Shown here: piece by piece, positions 18,451 through 27,326 of the stretch | How the letters are laid out: each line of letters opens with the position of its first letter | Position numbering within the stretch: the first letter of the stretch is position 1 | DNA from: an uncultured Fibrobacteraceae bacterium | Lineage (GTDB): Bacteria > Krumholzibacteriota > Krumholzibacteriia > LZORAL124-64-63 | Direction: 5' to 3' | Assembly (NCBI GenBank): GCA_964461255.1 | Contig: CAYWTR010000003.1 | Location: 91,144 to 155,143, forward strand | DNA length: 64,000 bases | Program-made: the position numbers and the translations under genes | Notes under the pieces: generated by a model | What the model saw: the letters and a program-made list of their open reading frames with translations, nothing else | What the model was told of the DNA's origin: nothing | Databases searched by the model: none

Positions 18451-18479
18451 ATAGTACGTGGCGGCGCCGCCTCTGCCAA
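18451..18479 (-). promoter_or_regulatory. Candidate sigma70 promoter for the HAD-nnr-tsaD operon
   Basis: Minus-strand TTGGCA-17 nt-TACTAT. Confidence 0.5.
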
Positions 18480-18497
18480 GAGCGGGCGCCCCCTGCC

Positions 18498-18526
18498 TGG
18501 ACAGCGCCCGCCGCCTCTGCCAGAAT
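18498..18526 (+). promoter_or_regulatory. Candidate sigma70 promoter for the CPBP protease
   Basis: TGGACA-17 nt-CAGAAT. Confidence 0.45.
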
Positions 18527-18571
18527 GCGGCCGGCCGCCGCGATCCCGCGCCGGCGGCGGGAGCGCGCGCG

Positions 18572-19408
18572 ATGAGCCATTCGCCCGAGCGCAACGGCGG
18601 TCCGCCCCCCCCCGGCGGGGGCCGCCTCTGGAGCAGCTGGAGCAACGCGCAGCTGCTGCTGTGGAGCGGCGCCTGCCTGGCGGGCAACGCCGTGCTGCAG
18701 AGCCTGCTGTTCACCCTCACCGACAACCTGTTCGTGCCGCTTCTGGGAGGCGGTCTGCTGGGAGTGCTGCTGCCGTGCCGGCTGCTGGCGCGCACCGCCG
18801 GCGGCAGCCTGGCCAGCGAGTTCCGTCTCGGTCCGGTGCGCCCCGCCGTGGCCGTGTGGTCGGCGGCGGCGGCCGCGGCCTCATTGCTGCCGACCGCTTA
18901 CCTGGCCTACGTCTCCCAGCGGCTGCATCCGATCGACCCGACCTGGGCGGCTTTCGAAGCCGAGCATCTGCCGCGCGGCCCCCTGGCGACCACCGTCGCC
19001 TTCGCGGCCGCCGTCGTCGTGGCGCCGCTGGCCGAGGAGCTGCTCTTTCGCGGCCTCCTGCACCGTCTCGGCGCCCGCATCTGGGGCCCCTGGCCCGCGG
19101 CCCTGCTGTCGGCGGGAGCGTTCGCCCTGCTGCACGGGCAGCCATGGTTCCTGCTGGGCCTGCTGGGCCTGGGGCTGCTGTTGGCCTACATCTTCGAGAC
19201 CACGCACTCGGTGACGGCGTGCGCCGTCGCCCACGCGCTGCACAACGGCGTTGCGCTGACCGTGCTGCTGGCGGAGGGAAGGCGCCTCGCGCCCGAGGCA
19301 GCGCCGCCGGCCGCCGCCGACGCGCCGGCGCTCTGGCAGGTGGGAGCCTCGCTGGTGCTCTTGGCGCTCTCTTGCCTGGCCCTGCGGCGCGCCGCCCGCC
19401 GGGCCTGA
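18572..19408 (+). CDS. CPBP/CAAX-family intramembrane glutamic metalloprotease
   Basis: APLAEELLFRG, FALLHG and AHALHNG motifs in a polytopic membrane protein. Confidence 0.92.
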   Translation: MSHSPERNGGPPPPGGGRLWSSWSNAQLLLWSGACLAGNAVLQSLLFTLTDNLFVPLLGGGLLGVLLPCRLLARTAGGSLASEFRLGPVRPAVAVWSAAAAAASLLPTAYLAYVSQRLHPIDPTWAAFEAEHLPRGPLATTVAFAAAVVVAPLAEELLFRGLLHRLGARIWGPWPAALLSAGAFALLHGQPWFLLGLLGLGLLLAYIFETTHSVTACAVAHALHNGVALTVLLAEGRRLAPEAAPPAAADAPALWQVGASLVLLALSCLALRRAARRA

Positions 19409-19429
19409 CCGAGGCCGCCGCCGGCGCGG

Positions 19430-19615
19430 CTACTTGTAGGACACCGGCAGCTCGCGCCCCATGCTGATCTCGCCGTTGTCGATGCGGATGTTGAACCCGC
19501 AGGCGGGATTGTGGCAGACCCAGGCCTTGTAGTGGATGGGGGCTCCGTCGCGCCCGTAGTCGGACAGCGGCAGGAGCATCCCCTCGCCGCACTTCTTGCA
19601 TGAGGGAAACATCAT
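19430..19615 (-). CDS. Small zinc-ribbon-like hypothetical protein (about 60 aa; start could be 19612, 19615 or 19621)
   Basis: MFPSCKKCGEGMLLPLSDYGRDGAPIHYKAWVCHNPACGFNIRIDNGEI, with CxxC and CxxxxC pairs and genome-typical codon usage. Confidence 0.8.
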   Translation of the reverse strand: MMFPSCKKCGEGMLLPLSDYGRDGAPIHYKAWVCHNPACGFNIRIDNGEISMGRELPVSYK

Positions 19616-19684
19616 GGACATGCCGCCCGGCGCGGAATGCTCCGCCCGGCTCACCTCCCGGCGGAATCGGATCTCGCTCGCGGT

Positions 19685-19707
19685 TTCTCTTCAAAAAAAG
19701 AAGAGAA
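19685..19707. promoter_or_regulatory. AT-rich inverted repeat upstream of the zinc-ribbon gene
   Basis: TTCTCTTC-AAAAAAA-GAAGAGAA is a perfect 8-bp inverted repeat. Confidence 0.4.
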
Positions 19708-19801
19708 TCAAACCCCTTTATCACCGCCCACCATACCCTCATCCGCGCCGCGGCGCCACGCCCGCGGCTCGCAATTTCCGCCGCGCGCCCGGGCGCGAGG
19801 A

Positions 19802-21094
19802 TCACGTCTTCTGGGGTTTCTTGCGGGCGGCCGGGAAGAGCACGTTGTTCAGGATCAGCCGGTAGCCCGGGGAGGTAGGATACAGATCCAGATCGGTGGG
19901 GGGATCGCCGACCGCGTGCTGGTAATCCTCCGGATCGTGTCCGCCCAAGAAGGTGAAGGTGCCCTGGCCGCGCTTGCCGTGCAGGTAGCGCACTTCGTCC
20001 GTGCCCGCGACCTCCGCCAGCACCGTCACCGCGCGTTTCAGGTAAGCCCGCCGGAAACTGGTCGTCTGCCCCATGAAACCGTTGATGACGTTGACGTGGC
20101 ACTGCGTCAGCATCGCGGGCACGGGATCGATCTTGGCCGCGAAGTCGAACAGCGTGAAATAGTCGGCTTCCGCCCCCCTCATCTGCGCCACGTCGCCGGC
20201 GTCGATGCTCGAGAACTCGTAGATGAGCGGGTTGGTCACCAGCGTGAATCCCTGGAAGGCGAAGGACCGCTCGTCGTCCCGCGCCTGTTCCCGCCTCGGA
20301 TCCAGGCCGTCGCCGTCGAACTCGGCCGGCACGATGTCGACGCCCAAGTACGCCAGGGCGATGTCGATGGTGTCGGTGGCCGAGCACATGGCGAACAGGA
20401 AACCGCCTCCTTCGACATAGTCGCGGATGCGCAGCGCGACCGCGTGCTTGAGCTGCCACACCTTGGCGAAGCCGAGGGCGGCGGCCAGTTCCTCGTTGAA
20501 CTGCTTCTGCTCCAGGTACCACGGCTCGAGCTGGAAGGCGGCGTAGAACTTGCCGAATTGCCCGGTGAAATCCTCGTGGTGCAGGTGCAGCCAGTCGTAG
20601 CGCGCCAGCTCCCCGGCCAGCACCTCGGTGTCGTAGACCTTGTCGTAGGGGATCTCCGCGTAGTCCAGCGCCAGCACGACGGCGTCGTCCCACGGCTGCG
20701 CGTACGGGGGCGTGTAGACCGCGATGCGGGGCGGCTTCTCCAGCAGCACCTCCTCCATGTTGTCGCGGGCGATCTGCGCGCGGATCGCCGCGACGTCGGC
20801 CTCTCCCACCTCCACGAACGCGACGCCGCGCAGGCGCGCCTCCAGCCGCGCCGCGTCCGTGGCCGGCATCAGAAAGCTGCCGCCGCGATAATTCAGCAAC
20901 CAGCTGACCTTCTGGCCCGCCTCCAGGGCGTGATAGGCGTGGCCGTACGCCCGCAGATGATCGGTCTGGTCCAGGTCCATGGGCACCAGCAGGAAGCCGG
21001 CGGCGCGGACCGGCGCGGCGCCGCCGGCGGCGAGCGCGGCCAGCAGGATGAGCGCGAGAGGGAACGGCGCGGCGCGGCAGCGGCATGTCTTCAT
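19802..21094 (-). CDS. Exported class I glutamine amidotransferase/DJ-1-like protein (recalled as the family often auto-labelled 'asparagine synthetase B')
   Basis: Signal peptide; DQTDHLRAYG, WLLNYRGGSF, DWLHLHHEDFTGQFGKFY, GGFLFAMCSATDT (nucleophile-elbow-like Cys) and GYRLILNNVLFPA. Confidence 0.7.
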   Translation of the reverse strand: MKTCRCRAAPFPLALILLAALAAGGAAPVRAAGFLLVPMDLDQTDHLRAYGHAYHALEAGQKVSWLLNYRGGSFLMPATDAARLEARLRGVAFVEVGEADVAAIRAQIARDNMEEVLLEKPPRIAVYTPPYAQPWDDAVVLALDYAEIPYDKVYDTEVLAGELARYDWLHLHHEDFTGQFGKFYAAFQLEPWYLEQKQFNEELAAALGFAKVWQLKHAVALRIRDYVEGGGFLFAMCSATDTIDIALAYLGVDIVPAEFDGDGLDPRREQARDDERSFAFQGFTLVTNPLIYEFSSIDAGDVAQMRGAEADYFTLFDFAAKIDPVPAMLTQCHVNVINGFMGQTTSFRRAYLKRAVTVLAEVAGTDEVRYLHGKRGQGTFTFLGGHDPEDYQHAVGDPPTDLDLYPTSPGYRLILNNVLFPAARKKPQKT

Positions 21095-23034
21095 GGCAGG
21101 TTCCGCAGGCGGTCGCGAACATCGTCCGCGAACAGGTGATCGGGGTACTGCAGCAGCAGCCGCTCCAGGGTCTGGCGCGCCAGATCGTGCCGGCCGACCT
21201 CGGCCAACAGCCGCGCCCGCAGCGCCAGGGCGTCCGCGGGGTGACGGCCCGCCGGATGGTCGCTCACGAGGCGGTCGCAGGCGTCCAGAGCGTCGTCGAC
21301 GCGGCCGGCGCGGCGATACAGCTGAGCCAGCTCCCAGCGGCCGCGCTCCAGCAGATGCGCCGGCTGCCCCGGGACGGCCGCCGCCGCCGCCGCGGCGACG
21401 AAACGCTCCAGCGCCGCGAGCTGGGAGTCAGGCTGCGCGGCCATTTCATGCAGGGGCGCGCGGGCGTAGAGAGCCAGCAGAGCGGGCCCCCCGGCGGGAT
21501 TCTCCAGCTCCTCCGCGATCGCCAGCGCCAGTTCCAGCGCGTCGTTGGCATAGTCGGCCATCGGGTTGTCCATGGCGATGGTGGCGAGACGATCGCGGGC
21601 GGTCTCCCAGTGGCCTCCCGCCAGGTCGAGGCGGGCCAGCGCGAAATGCGCACCGCCGGCGGCGGCCCGGTCCTGGGAGCTGTGCGCGAGCGCGGTCAAG
21701 ACCAGGCGGCCGCGCGCGGAGTCGCCGGCGGCCAGGTGGCACTCGCCCAGCGTCAGCCGCGCCAGCGCCACGCCCTCCAGTGGCAGGTCGAGATCGGCCA
21801 GCAGCCGTTCCAGGATCGCGGCGGCCTCGGCCGGCCGTCGCAGGACATCTCGCGTGTAACGCGCCAGCCGGATCTGGGCCGCGTAGAGATGCGGCGTGGT
21901 CGGATGCCCCTCGCGCACCAGCGCCAGCAGGCGCTCGAGCTCGCGCACCGCCTGCTCGGGGTCGCGGCCCAGCAGTCCGGAAACGAGCGCGTCCTCGCTC
22001 GCGGCCGCCAGCAGCTCCAGCACGCGCGGGCGCTGCGCGGGCGCCACGGCGCCGGGGACCGCCAGCCGCGCCAGCGTGTCGCGCAGAAACAGGTTGGTGG
22101 CGGCGCGCGCCTCGGGCGCTTCGACCAGCGGCGCCTCCTGCGCCAGGGTCGCGGCCAGCTGCAGCACGCCGAGCGTCGCGCCGCGATCCTCCAGCAGCGG
22201 CGCGACGGCCGCGCCGGCCGCCGCCGCGTCGCCGGCGCGCAGATGCAGGCTCGCCGCCAGCAAGGCCACGGCAGCCAACGGAACGCCTTCGGCAACGCTG
22301 TGGCGCTCGAGCCGGCGGGCGAGACGGCGCGCCTGCTCCGCGCCGGCGACGCCGCCCAGCACTTCGGCGCGCAGCACGGGCGCGTTGATCGGGTTGGCCC
22401 GCGCCTCCGCCGCCAGCTCGTCCGCCGCCTCTTCGACTCGTCCCAGGGCCAGCAGCGCCTGCGCGCGCTGGCGCGCCAGCAGGCGCGGGTCACCGCGACG
22501 CTGGCGCGCCGCGTCGCACAGCGCGAGCGCCTCGGCGGGCCGCTGCGCCTGGAGCCAGAGGTCGGCCGCGATCATCAGCCCGCTGCGCGCTTCGGGAAGG
22601 ACGGCCACGAAGCTGTCCAGAACCGCCGCGGCCGCCTGCGGCCGCTCGAGCGCGATCAAGGCGCGCGCCAACTCCCTCAGCAGGCGAGGATTGTCCGCCT
22701 GCAGCGAGAGGCCTTCGCGGCAGAGGCGCTCAGCCTCCTCGTGGTCCTCCCGCAGTTGCGCCAGCGCCAGCAGGCGCGGGATAAGCTCGCGGCGCGGCGC
22801 GGCCTCCCGCTCGAGCTGTTGCAGCAGGGAGGCCGCTCGGCTCGCGTTGCCGAGCGCGATCAGCCGGTCCACCTCGGCCAATCTCTGCTGCCACATCAGC
22901 GCCGGCAGGGAGAGAGAGCGCGGTGGCGGCGGCGGATCTTGCGCGCCCGCCGGCGCAGGGAAGATGGCAGCGGCGAGCAGAGCCAGCGCCAGCAGCGCCG
23001 CCGCCGCGCGCGGAAACACCCCCGCCGATCTCAT
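21091..23034 (-). CDS. Exported tetratricopeptide-repeat protein
   Basis: Signal peptide; all-helical repeats; C-terminal A...LERLLLQYPD...ADDVRDRL typical of TPR ends. Confidence 0.75.
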   Translation of the reverse strand: MRSAGVFPRAAAALLALALLAAAIFPAPAGAQDPPPPPRSLSLPALMWQQRLAEVDRLIALGNASRAASLLQQLEREAAPRRELIPRLLALAQLREDHEEAERLCREGLSLQADNPRLLRELARALIALERPQAAAAVLDSFVAVLPEARSGLMIAADLWLQAQRPAEALALCDAARQRRGDPRLLARQRAQALLALGRVEEAADELAAEARANPINAPVLRAEVLGGVAGAEQARRLARRLERHSVAEGVPLAAVALLAASLHLRAGDAAAAGAAVAPLLEDRGATLGVLQLAATLAQEAPLVEAPEARAATNLFLRDTLARLAVPGAVAPAQRPRVLELLAAASEDALVSGLLGRDPEQAVRELERLLALVREGHPTTPHLYAAQIRLARYTRDVLRRPAEAAAILERLLADLDLPLEGVALARLTLGECHLAAGDSARGRLVLTALAHSSQDRAAAGGAHFALARLDLAGGHWETARDRLATIAMDNPMADYANDALELALAIAEELENPAGGPALLALYARAPLHEMAAQPDSQLAALERFVAAAAAAAVPGQPAHLLERGRWELAQLYRRAGRVDDALDACDRLVSDHPAGRHPADALALRARLLAEVGRHDLARQTLERLLLQYPDHLFADDVRDRLRNLP

Positions 23035-26000
23035 GGCGTGCCTCCGCCCGGCGGCGACAGACGATCGAGAGCCTGGAAGTAGCGTCGCACGAGCTCGTGG
23101 TATTCCGGCGGCGCCTTCTCGACCGGCTCGCGCCGCTGCCGGCGCGCGTCGCCCTCGCCTTGCGCCCCGGGCGACACCCGCCCGGCGCCCGCGTCGTCGA
23201 AGAGCCTTCGGGCCGTGCGGCTCTCGCGCCTTTGATCGTAGTCCCGCTCGCGCACCGAGTTGTGCGCGTCGAGCAGACGGCCGAGAATGCGTTCCTGGCG
23301 CCGCAGCAGCTCGTCGTCGACCAGGCCCTGCCCCAGGTCGTCGCTGACCCGCTCCATCTCGCGCGCCAGTTCCTCCAGATCACCCAGCAGCCGCTCGCCG
23401 CGCCGGGCCTGCTCGCGCTCCAGATCCCGCGCCTGCCCCGCCAGCCCACTCTGGTCGCCCTGCAGGCGCTGCATCTGCGCGCGCGTCTCCTGACTCAGCC
23501 CCCGTCCCTGCATCTGCCGCCGTAGCTGCTCGGCCAGGCCGTTCAGGCCCGCCTGTTCGCGCGCCATCTGCTGCAGCCTCTGCGCCGAGGGCAGAGGCGA
23601 GCCGCCGCCGCCGCCCTGCCCCATCTGCTCCGCGGCGGTCAGCAGCCCGATGACGACGCGGTTGATGGCGGCCAGCGAGCTGCGCGCGTCTCGCCGAGCC
23701 GCCGTTCCCCACCCCTGCTCCAGACCGCGCACCGTGACGCCCAGCTGCTGGACCACGCCGTCGAGATCGCGCAGCAGGCGGGCGGGAACGGCCGTCGAAC
23801 GCCCGCCGACCTCGTCCAACCGGTCGCGCACGGCGCGGGCGGCGCGCAACAGCCGATTCTGGCGCCGCGTCAGCTCGGCGGCGTGCACGCCGCGCAGATC
23901 GGCGGGAACGAGCTGCGCCACCTCCTCCTGCTGCGCGGAGATGTCGAGCAGTTCTCCCGCCAGGCGTCGCAACGAGGTGGCCAGATGCTGCTGCATCGCC
24001 ATCTGCATCCCCTGCTGCCCCCGCAGCAGCACGTGATAGAGAGCGGCGAGATCGCGCAACGCCTGCTCCTGGGGAGGCTGCGCCGAGGGCGGGGCGCCCT
24101 CGCTCTGCTCGCGCAGGCGGCGCGCGGCCTCGCGCATCTTCTCGGCGGGGCTTTGCTCCGCCAGCCGCCGCAGCGCTTCCTCCAGGCTCCGGGCCATTTG
24201 CTCGGCCGAGGGCGACTGCCTCTCGGCCTGCTCGGCCTGCTCGCCGGCCAGCCGCTCCTGCGCCTCGCGCAGCTGCTCCTGGAGACGCTGCGCCTCTTCC
24301 GCCAGCGCCTCCTGCCGCGCGGCCAGCTCCGCGGGATCCTCCGGCGCCGCCGCGGGTTCGCGCTGCGCCTCCAGCAGCGCCTGCTGTTCGCGCAGCAAGC
24401 GTTCCAGCACGGCGGTCATGCCCTCCATCTCCTGCAGCCTCGACATCTCCTTGAGCAGGGAAATGGCGCGGTCGAGGCGCCGCGCCAGTTCCTCCTGGTT
24501 GCGCGCCACCTCCTCGACCGCCTGTCGCAGCTGCTCTGGCGAAAGCTCGGCGGCCGCCTGCTGCAGCATCGCCAGCAGGTTCTCCAGCTCCGGATTGGCC
24601 ACCTGGCGCAGCAGGTCCGAGACCTCCTCCATCTTTTCGAGCAGCTCGTGCGACAGCAGCCGGTTCTCGTCCAGGCGTTCAAGATCCTGCTGCAACCCCC
24701 GGGCCAGTTCCTCCAGCTCGTTGCGCAGCGCCTGCTGGCGTTGCAGCGCCGCCTCGATTTCCTGGCGCCGCGACCAGTCGGGCAGGGGGTTCTTCCTGAG
24801 TTCGCGCCCGAGCCGCTGCAGGTCGGCGGTCAGGTCGCGCCCGCGCGCGCGCATGCGGTCCAGCTCATCGACGCGCTCGCGTCCCGCCTCGGTCTGCGCC
24901 GCGAGGATCTCGGCGGCCGAAGGCAGCACGAGCCTCAACACCCGCGAGCGGCCGCGCCCCGCGGGTCCCGGCGCACGATTATCCCGCGCCTCCAGACACA
25001 GCAGCAGGGCGTCGCCGGGGACCAGCTCGACTCCCGCAGCATCCACGTGCAGGCGCAGAGCGACCTGCCGATCGGCGGCGCCCATCCCGCCGGCCGCTGC
25101 GCCGTCTGCGGCGACGGTCACGCTCAAGGAACCCCAGGGAGTCTCGCCGGTGCGAAACGGCGCGGCCGCGCCGGGCCGCTCGCCGGCCGACCAGACAGTC
25201 AGACGCGGCCAGGACTCCAGGCTGTCGGCGGGATCCGCCGCCGTCGGCGCGGTCCGCTGCCGCCAGAGCAGCAGATCGAGCCGCGTCAGGCCGTGATCGT
25301 CCGCGGCGTCCGCGGCCAGCTCGATGCGGGCATCTCCGGGCAGCCGCCCGTCATCGTCGGGACGCTCCAAGCGCGCGGTCGGGTTCGCATCGGGCGTCAC
25401 GGCGACTTCGTAGCGCACCCGCGAACCGCCCGCCAGGCCATGACGATCCCGCAGTGCGACCTGGTAGGCCAGCGGCTGGCGCAGCACGATTTCGCCGGAC
25501 AGCTCATGCTCGTGCCTGGCCAGCGGCAGGGTGTCGCCCGCGGCGGTCACGACCGCGGCATGGACGACCGGATGGTTGACGCTGCCCCTCCAGCGCAGGC
25601 GGCTGCCGGCCGGGGCGGTGAGCAGGGCAGGCAGCTGCGACATATCCTGCGCCGGCAGGCCGGTGTAGGCGGGCGGCTCCAGGCGGCCGGCCCAGGATAC
25701 GAGCAGCGGCGGATGAAGCACCTGCACGGTGCGCGCGGGGGTGACGATGCGGTCGCGCCGAAATCGGTAGGAAAAAGTCTCGCGCGTGTCGGGCATCCGC
25801 AGCTCCCAGCGCGTCGCCGCCCCCTCGCGGCCGGCGGGCAGGGGCGGCGCGGGCGCAGCCCGCCACAGACCCGTGCCGCTGCGCAGCTCGGCGGTCACGG
25901 CGGAGCCGCCGGCGCCGAAATCGAGCGCCGCCAGCACCGCCTCCTCCCCCGCGACCACCGCGGCGGGACCGGGCGCCAGGTAAAGGCCTATCTCCGCCGC

Positions 26001-26588
26001 CAAACCCTCGGTCCGCAGCGGGTGCCACAGCCGCTCCCATCCCAACGCCAGGCGGCCGGGATGCCGGGCCTCGGTCCCCGCCAGGAAGACGCCCGCGGCC
26101 AGCACCAGCAGGAGGGTGGCGCCTGCGCCCGACAGCGGCAGCCGACGCCCCGGCACGATGCCGGCCGCTCGCTGCTGGGCCGAGGCGAACAGGCTCGCCA
26201 GCAGAACCGGCGGCACCGCGGGGTCCGCGCCCCAGCGATCCGGCCGCCGCAGCGCCTCCTCGGCGGCCACGAGCAGATTGTCCAGGCCGCCGCCGCTCTC
26301 CAGCGCGCGGCTGAGCGCGGCGGCATCGCGCACTCGCCTCCAGGGGAGCGCCAGACGCGCGTGCAGCACGGCGGCCGCGATCCCCAGCCAGGCCAGCAGC
26401 AGCCCGCTCTTGAGCCACATGCTCGGCGCGGCGAGCGTTCCCAGCGCCGCCGCCGCCAGCAGCCCCGCCCCCCCGGCCGCCGCCAGCAGCGACAGCAGCG
26501 CGTGCAGCAGCAGCCGCCCACGGGCGGCGCGCAGCAACCGCCGCAGCGTGCGCTCGAAACCGAGGCTGGCGGCGCGGTCGGCGGTCAC
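23031..26588 (-). CDS. DUF4175-family membrane protein with Ig-like domains and a long coiled coil
   Basis: N-terminal TM pair; PPAYTGLP; A.DDHGL; L.ARDNR; Q/E/R-rich coiled coil; C-terminal P.EY.ELVRRYF. Confidence 0.75.
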   Translation of the reverse strand: MTADRAASLGFERTLRRLLRAARGRLLLHALLSLLAAAGGAGLLAAAALGTLAAPSMWLKSGLLLAWLGIAAAVLHARLALPWRRVRDAAALSRALESGGGLDNLLVAAEEALRRPDRWGADPAVPPVLLASLFASAQQRAAGIVPGRRLPLSGAGATLLLVLAAGVFLAGTEARHPGRLALGWERLWHPLRTEGLAAEIGLYLAPGPAAVVAGEEAVLAALDFGAGGSAVTAELRSGTGLWRAAPAPPLPAGREGAATRWELRMPDTRETFSYRFRRDRIVTPARTVQVLHPPLLVSWAGRLEPPAYTGLPAQDMSQLPALLTAPAGSRLRWRGSVNHPVVHAAVVTAAGDTLPLARHEHELSGEIVLRQPLAYQVALRDRHGLAGGSRVRYEVAVTPDANPTARLERPDDDGRLPGDARIELAADAADDHGLTRLDLLLWRQRTAPTAADPADSLESWPRLTVWSAGERPGAAAPFRTGETPWGSLSVTVAADGAAAGGMGAADRQVALRLHVDAAGVELVPGDALLLCLEARDNRAPGPAGRGRSRVLRLVLPSAAEILAAQTEAGRERVDELDRMRARGRDLTADLQRLGRELRKNPLPDWSRRQEIEAALQRQQALRNELEELARGLQQDLERLDENRLLSHELLEKMEEVSDLLRQVANPELENLLAMLQQAAAELSPEQLRQAVEEVARNQEELARRLDRAISLLKEMSRLQEMEGMTAVLERLLREQQALLEAQREPAAAPEDPAELAARQEALAEEAQRLQEQLREAQERLAGEQAEQAERQSPSAEQMARSLEEALRRLAEQSPAEKMREAARRLREQSEGAPPSAQPPQEQALRDLAALYHVLLRGQQGMQMAMQQHLATSLRRLAGELLDISAQQEEVAQLVPADLRGVHAAELTRRQNRLLRAARAVRDRLDEVGGRSTAVPARLLRDLDGVVQQLGVTVRGLEQGWGTAARRDARSSLAAINRVVIGLLTAAEQMGQGGGGGSPLPSAQRLQQMAREQAGLNGLAEQLRRQMQGRGLSQETRAQMQRLQGDQSGLAGQARDLEREQARRGERLLGDLEELAREMERVSDDLGQGLVDDELLRRQERILGRLLDAHNSVRERDYDQRRESRTARRLFDDAGAGRVSPGAQGEGDARRQRREPVEKAPPEYHELVRRYFQALDRLSPPGGGTP

Positions 26589-26609
26589 GACGGCATCCTC
26601 CCCTGAGAA

Positions 26610-27326
26610 TCAGGGCCGCGTCAGCGCGTGCATCAGGACGTTGACGGCCATGCGGGCGGCGGCCTCGCGCACCTCGGGGGGATCGCCGTGCACGTCGGGA
26701 TCCTCGAGACCGTCTCCGATGTCGCTCGAGTGGGTGTAGAAGACCAACAACCTGTCTTGCTTGACGATCCCAAAACCCTGCGCCGGCAGGCCGTCGTGTT
26801 CGTGGATCTTGGGCAGACCGGGCAGCACGTAGTGGGCGCGGTAGATGGGGTGATCCGACGGCAGGGGGACCAGGGGCGTGTCGGGGAAAACCTGCCGCAT
26901 CAGTTCACGGAAGGACGCGTCCAGGCCGTAGTTGTCGTCGACCCAGAAGAAACCGCCCGCTTCGAGATAGCGCCGCAGCTCGGCCTGCTCCCGCTCGTCG
27001 AGCGCGATGCGGCCATGCCCGGTCGCATAGATCAGCGGCTGGCGATAGAGTTCGTCGCTGTCAAGGCTGACGACGGCCTCGGTGGCGGCCGTCGGGATGC
27101 CGGTGCGGCGCTCGAATTCGCGCAGCCAATTGGGCAGGGAGCTGGGATTCGCGTACCAATCGCCGCCGCCGCCGTATTTCAGTCGCGCCACGGTCAGCGC
27201 GTCGCCAGGATCGGCCGCGGCGGCGCCCGCCGCCAGCGCGGTCGCCAGCAGCAGCACAGGCGCGCGCGCCCGGCACCAGAGCCGGCCATGCGGCGCCGAG
27301 CTCGCCATGCCAGCCATCGCTCTCAC
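26610..27326 (-). CDS. DUF4159 domain-containing exported protein
   Basis: LKYGGGGDWYANP, TGHG, YLEAGGFFWVDDNYGLD, DHPIY, LPKIHEHDG and DIGDGLED. Confidence 0.85.
   Translation of the reverse strand: MRAMAGMASSAPHGRLWCRARAPVLLLATALAAGAAAADPGDALTVARLKYGGGGDWYANPSSLPNWLREFERRTGIPTAATEAVVSLDSDELYRQPLIYATGHGRIALDEREQAELRRYLEAGGFFWVDDNYGLDASFRELMRQVFPDTPLVPLPSDHPIYRAHYVLPGLPKIHEHDGLPAQGFGIVKQDRLLVFYTHSSDIGDGLEDPDVHGDPPEVREAAARMAVNVLMHALTRP

Noticed and set aside
19802-21094. Asparagine synthetase B assignment
   Set aside because: The protein has a signal peptide and lacks both the N-terminal Ntn Cys and the ATP-pyrophosphatase motif.
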